From an uncultured Chloroflexia bacterium (GTDB taxonomy: Bacteria > Chloroflexota > Limnocylindria > Limnocylindrales > CSP1-4), in contig CAVYBU010000003.1 in assembly GCA_963766735.1 (NCBI GenBank), positions 256,001-320,000 of the forward strand: DNA of 64,000 nt, read 5' to 3'. The position numbers and the translations under genes were made by a program. Under the pieces are notes generated by a model. That model ran no database searches and was not told the origin of the DNA. It saw only the letters and a program-made list of their open reading frames with translations. The first letter of the stretch is position 1. Every line of letters starts with the position of its first letter. Positions 59,721 through 64,000 of this stretch are shown one piece after another.

Positions 59721-61009
59721 GGCGTCCGGGAGCTGGGTCGCGGTGTGCACGTTCCGTGGGTCAAGCAAGGATCCAGCCCGGCTGAACGCCCCCGTCAGCG
59801 GATCGAAGACCTGCGTCCCGTGTCCTCCTCGTCGAAGATGCTGCCGATCAGCAGGACCCGGCCGTCGGCGAGCATCGTTGCCGTGTGGCTGCCGAGCTGG
59901 CTCGCCGACGGGCCAACAACGGCGAAGGATCGAGAGCCCGGCTCCCACACCTCCGCGACCCGCACCGGCTGCCCGTCACCGCCGACGCCGCCGACCACCA
60001 GGACGCGCCCGTCTCGGAGCACGGTGGCCGTGTGTCCTGTGCGCGCGTTGAATGCCACACCGGCCGGCTCGAACGCCAGTGTGCGGGGGTTCCAGAGCTC
60101 GGCTGTGGGCGCGTTGCTGCGGTGACCCACCCCATTCGGCGTGTACCCGCCGACCACGAGGACGCGACCGTCGGGCAGCAGGGTCGAGGTGTGGCCAGAC
60201 CGCGGAGCGATGAGCGTCACGGCGCCGCTGAACGCGCCGGTGGTGGGGTTCGAGACCTCGGCACCGGACTCGCCGATGATGAGCACATCGCCGCTTTCCA
60301 GCAGCGTCGCCGTGTGACGGCTACGGCCCTCCGACATCGCCCCTGCGCGACTGAATGTCCTGCTGGCGGGATCCCAGATCTCGACGCTTGGCTGGGCCTC
60401 CGGCGCAGAATTCGATGGTCCCAGCACCACTCGGCCGCCGGTCACCAGGACCCGCCCGTCCGCCAGTGCCGTTGCGGTGTGATACTGCCGTCCCCGGATC
60501 AGCTCGCCGGCCGGTTGGAAGCAACGACAGGCTGGGTCCCAGAGCTCGGCAGCGGGGAAGCTGAAGGCGTCAGGAGGCATCGGATCCATTCCCCCGACGA
60601 CGAGCACGCAGCCTCCCGGCAGGAGCGAGGCGGTGTGCCATATCCGCCCCTGTGCAAGCGCACCGGCCGGCACCGCCGCGGCGCCGCCGGGCGCCGGCTC
60701 GTCGGGCGGGGATCCGAGGGGACATCCCAGCGCCGGGACGACGGCCGGGAGCTTCCCCTCCGGCTGCGAGCCGACGACCAGCATCCCGGCGACGATCGCG
60801 GTGAGCAGGGCGGCCAGCAGCAGCACCCAGGCGACGCGGGGGACGGCAACCGGGCGCCAGCCGACGATCGCCGCGCGCCAGTGACCGCGTGGCTTCGCCG
60901 CGGCGATCCGGTGGGCGAGCTGCGCCGGGTCGAGATCGGACGAGACACGTCCGACGTAGCCGTGGACGGCGGTGTGAAACTGGGCCTCGAAAGCGTCGCG
61001 CTCAGTCAT
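59721..61009 (-). pseudogene. Kelch-repeat anti-sigma-like protein, copy 2, truncated at the duplication junction and frameshifted near 59817
   Basis: near-identical to 57809-59185; CCCC is CCC here, giving a stop at 59795; the last ~30 codons are replaced by the sigma gene. Confidence 0.8.
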
Positions 61010-61544
61010 CGCCGAGCTCCTTCCGGAGGCCGTCGAGCAGCCGGGACAGACGCGTCCGCACGCCCGACGGGGAGATACCGAGGATCGGCGCCAGCTCCGA
61101 CGAGTCGAGGTCGGCCGCGTAGCGCATGGCGACGAGCGCCCGGTCATCCGGCTTCAGGCGAGCGAGCGCGTTCGCGAGGTCCACGTGGTCGATCCCGAAC
61201 GCGGTGTCGGCCCCGGTGGACCGGTCGGCGGCGACCTTCAGCTCCACGATCCCGTGCCGGTGCTCGCGCCGGAGGACCTTGCGGGCCTCGTTCGCGGCGA
61301 CCGCCACGAGCCAGGCCTTGAGCCGATCGGGGTCGCGGAGCGATCCGAGCTTGCGCCAGGCGATCCACCAGGCGGCCTGCGCGGCGTCCTCGGCGAGGTC
61401 CTCGTCGCCACAGATGACGTAGGCGACCCGGACCAGGTCCAGGTGGTAGGCGGCGACGATCCGGGCGAAGGCGACCTCGTCACCCGCGATGGCACGCTCC
61501 ACCGTGGTCGCGATCGCAGCGCTGTCGAGGGCGAGGCTCGTCAT
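61002..61544 (-). CDS. ECF RNA polymerase sigma factor (copy 2)
   Basis: same motifs as copy 1 with about 10 substitutions. Confidence 0.92.
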   Translation of the reverse strand: MTSLALDSAAIATTVERAIAGDEVAFARIVAAYHLDLVRVAYVICGDEDLAEDAAQAAWWIAWRKLGSLRDPDRLKAWLVAVAANEARKVLRREHRHGIVELKVAADRSTGADTAFGIDHVDLANALARLKPDDRALVAMRYAADLDSSELAPILGISPSGVRTRLSRLLDGLRKELGDD

Positions 61545-61547
61545 GGC

Positions 61548-61582
61548 ATAGAGATACCGGCGGGGTGCCCGAGTGTCCCAGC
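61548..61582 (-). promoter_or_regulatory. candidate ECF-type (auto)promoter
   Basis: minus strand GGGACAC...CGGTAT shortly before the ATG, no RBS. Confidence 0.35.
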
Positions 61583-61889
61583 TGGGCGGGTGATGGCCGA
61601 CGCCGACCGGCGGGAAATCATCATGCGCCCGACTGCGCTCCATGCAAGAGCCGTTCGTCAGCGGCGCATGCCGTGCTCCGACGCCAGCCCGGACGAGGCC
61701 GGAGGTCGGCCGCGACCAGTGGCCGTCCTATCGGTGGGGCGTCCTATCGGTCTCGCGCGTTTTCCCGGGCAAGGGAACCGGCCCAGCGCTCGTCTTCCAG
61801 CGCGAAGGCTTTGCCCAGGATGCTCAGGTCGATCCTCGGTAGCTCTGCGGCGGCGACGGCCCGCTGCCGGAGCGTCGGGCCGGTAGCAC

Positions 61890-63062
61890 CTACGGCAACG
61901 GGCGAAGGCGGGGGTGTGTCCCTCGGAGGAAGTCGGAGCCGGCGGCGGAGGCGAGGCCGGTCCCGTCGGCATTCATGGTCGCCATGGTCCAGCCGGGCCA
62001 CTCCGTCCCGACCGTCTGGACGAAGACGATCGAGCGGCCGTCGGGTGACCATGTCGGCTGGGACGAGAGCGGGCCGCTCGCCGTGCCATTCCGGGTGAGC
62101 TGCGTCCCGCTCGGGTTGTGGGTGAGCTCGGTCATCCCTGTCCCGTCGGGCCGGATCGTGTACAGGTCCGAGGGCGGTGACGGATCCTCGAAGCTGCCGC
62201 CGTCGCGCTGGCCCAGGTCATAGGTGCTGAACACGATGAGGTCCTCCGTCGGGCTCCAGTCCGGGTAGGCGGCGAACATCGTCCAGTCCGTCAGACGACG
62301 AGGCTCCGGCACCTTGGCGGTCAGGTCGACGACGGCGATGGCGGATCCGTTGACCCGGCTGGTGTCGTTGCCGGTGTCGAGATACCGATCCATCTGCACC
62401 ACGAGCGACCGGCCGTCTGCCGACCAGCGGGCGCCGTTGGCGTACTCGGCGCCCGTGGTGTGCACGAGGTCCCGGATCGCGCCGGTGGCGACGTCGACGG
62501 CCTGGACAACCGAGCCCGGGTTCTGGCCGTCGACGAGGTCGATCCGGGTGAAGGCGACCTCGGAGCCGTCGGGCGACCATGCCGGCTGGTTGAGGTCGCG
62601 GCAGGGCGCCACGCAACTCGCGAGACGGCTGGGGTCCGTCCCGTCGGCGGTAGCAACCCAGATCTCACCCTCCATCTCGAAGGCGATCCGTGCGCCGTCA
62701 GGGGACCAGTCCGGATGCCACTGCTCCCGGCTCTCGTCCGGGAGGAGCAGATGCATGTCCGTGCCGTCAGGGCGGACAAGCCGCAGGCGGGCCTGCTGGT
62801 CCCAGTACTGGTAGACGAGCCACGGCTCACCGGGCATGACGGCGATCGACGCAGATGCAGGCGTGGCCGTAGCCGCAACGGCCGGCGCGGTCGTCGCAGG
62901 AGCAGGCGTCGGGATCGTTGTCGCGATGACGGTCGAGGACGCCGGTGCAGGCGAGGCCAGCGGTGAAGGCGAGGCCACCGAGGCCGAACCCGGCGAACTG
63001 GAGCACGCCGCGAGCAGGCCCACGATGGCCAGGCAGGCGAGACGGGACGCAAGACGAAGCAC
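61890..63062 (-). CDS. TolB-like/PD40 beta-propeller lipoprotein
   Basis: GGAGG RBS, LLAAC lipobox, repeated PxWSPDG. Confidence 0.88.
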   Translation of the reverse strand: MLRLASRLACLAIVGLLAACSSSPGSASVASPSPLASPAPASSTVIATTIPTPAPATTAPAVAATATPASASIAVMPGEPWLVYQYWDQQARLRLVRPDGTDMHLLLPDESREQWHPDWSPDGARIAFEMEGEIWVATADGTDPSRLASCVAPCRDLNQPAWSPDGSEVAFTRIDLVDGQNPGSVVQAVDVATGAIRDLVHTTGAEYANGARWSADGRSLVVQMDRYLDTGNDTSRVNGSAIAVVDLTAKVPEPRRLTDWTMFAAYPDWSPTEDLIVFSTYDLGQRDGGSFEDPSPPSDLYTIRPDGTGMTELTHNPSGTQLTRNGTASGPLSSQPTWSPDGRSIVFVQTVGTEWPGWTMATMNADGTGLASAAGSDFLRGTHPRLRPLP

Positions 63063-63183
63063 GGGTCCTCCTATGGATTCGAGTGAGAGGGAGCCGGCAC
63101 GCCGCAACATGCGGAACCGGCAGGACCGTGGCGGGATGCAAGGGCGGCGCGACCCACGTGGCGTCGACCCCTCCCTCGGCCGC

Positions 63184-64000
63184 TCATCGGAACCGCTCCG
63201 CGCTCTGGACGGGCCCGAGCGCGCCGGGGCCGTTCCACCCGCCAACGACCAGGATCGATCCGTCGGCGAGCGTCTCGACGGCAGGCGAGACCCGGGCGTC
63301 CGTCATCGCGGGTCCAGGCTCGAACCGGCCCGTCACCGGGTCGTAGATCTCGGTTGTGCGCTCGGCCTGGAGGTCCGGCGCCACCGGCATGTCCCCAGCA
63401 ATCGCCTTGCTGCTGCCACCGGCGATCAGCACCCGACCGTCGGCCATGAGGGCGGCGCCGTGCATCCAGCGGGGCCGGAGCATCGGCCCGGTCGAAGTGA
63501 ACGCGCCGGTGGCTGGGTCGAACCGCCAGGCCATGGATGACGGCGTAGCGTCGCTCGCGGTCGGGTCAGCGGCGGCGCCACCGGCGACGAGGACGGTTCC
63601 GTCCGGCAGGAGGGTCGTCGACACCCCCATTCGAGCCGCTGGGAGCGGCGCGACCGACGTGTAGCGGAGGGTCGCCGGGTCGAAGATCGCAACGGCCTGG
63701 TGCACGGGCAGCGCCGGAGTCCGCAACCCCTCGTTGAAGTCCTGGATGAGCAGCACGCGCCCGTCGGCGAGCTCGAGAGAGGTGCCGACATACCCGTCAA
63801 ACGGGGGGTGCTCAGCCCGAACCTCGGACCCGTCTGCGGGGTTGACGATCGACACCCGGTCCAGCCCGTCCGCGAAGATGACGAACCGCCCGTCCGGGAG
63901 CGGGACCGGCGCGACGAGCGATCCGCCGGGCCTGGCGACCAGCGAGGACCGACCGGTCCCCGGGTCGAAGATCTCGGCCGCCCCCCGGGGGCCGCCGAGG
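63184..64000 (-). CDS. Kelch-repeat protein (5' truncated by the window)
   Basis: LADGRVL, LPDGTVLVAGG, AEIFDP/EIYDP repeats; frame open to the edge. Confidence 0.85.
   Translation of the reverse strand, partial: LGGPRGAAEIFDPGTGRSSLVARPGGSLVAPVPLPDGRFVIFADGLDRVSIVNPADGSEVRAEHPPFDGYVGTSLELADGRVLLIQDFNEGLRTPALPVHQAVAIFDPATLRYTSVAPLPAARMGVSTTLLPDGTVLVAGGAAADPTASDATPSSMAWRFDPATGAFTSTGPMLRPRWMHGAALMADGRVLIAGGSSKAIAGDMPVAPDLQAERTTEIYDPVTGRFEPGPAMTDARVSPAVETLADGSILVVGGWNGPGALGPVQSAERFR

Larger units (their letters stand above)
57899..61547. repeat. tandem duplication, ~1824-bp period, diverged copies
   Basis: start codons 59185/61009 and 59720/61544 are offset by 1824; junction at ~59721-59724. 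Confidence 0.95.

Noticed and set aside
61600-61885. Possible ORF fragment between the PD40 gene and sigma copy 2
   Set aside because: No credible start or RBS and no recognisable motif

Overview
High-GC bacterial chromosome segment. Gene content and protein style suggest Chloroflexota, possibly Limnocylindria; this is inference only. The housekeeping backbone is guaB3-guaA, UPF0182, radC, mreB-mreC, rmlA/B/D, glycosyltransferases, wzm/wzt, a PPIase, mazG-rph-rdgB and a DEAD-box helicase. Four accessory blocks are interspersed. (1) A TPR-class III nucleotide cyclase converges on a coupled operon of nucleotidyltransferase, unknown protein and cNMP-binding protein. (2) Two secreted proteins each end in three near-identical 381-bp repeats, and both are preceded by 5-bp-periodic tracts. 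(3) A light/photo-oxidative-stress locus, the strongest candidate system here: a B12-dependent CarH-like regulator, a heliorhodopsin coupled to an SDR, and a divergent SRPBCC/FAD-oxidoreductase/DUF1365/Cfa operon resembling the furan-fatty-acid pathway, with candidate CarH 11-bp repeats at both promoters. (4) A tandemly duplicated ECF sigma/Kelch-repeat cassette. No rRNA, tRNA, CRISPR array, transposase or integrase was recognised. All assignments come from reading motifs by eye; no searches were run.
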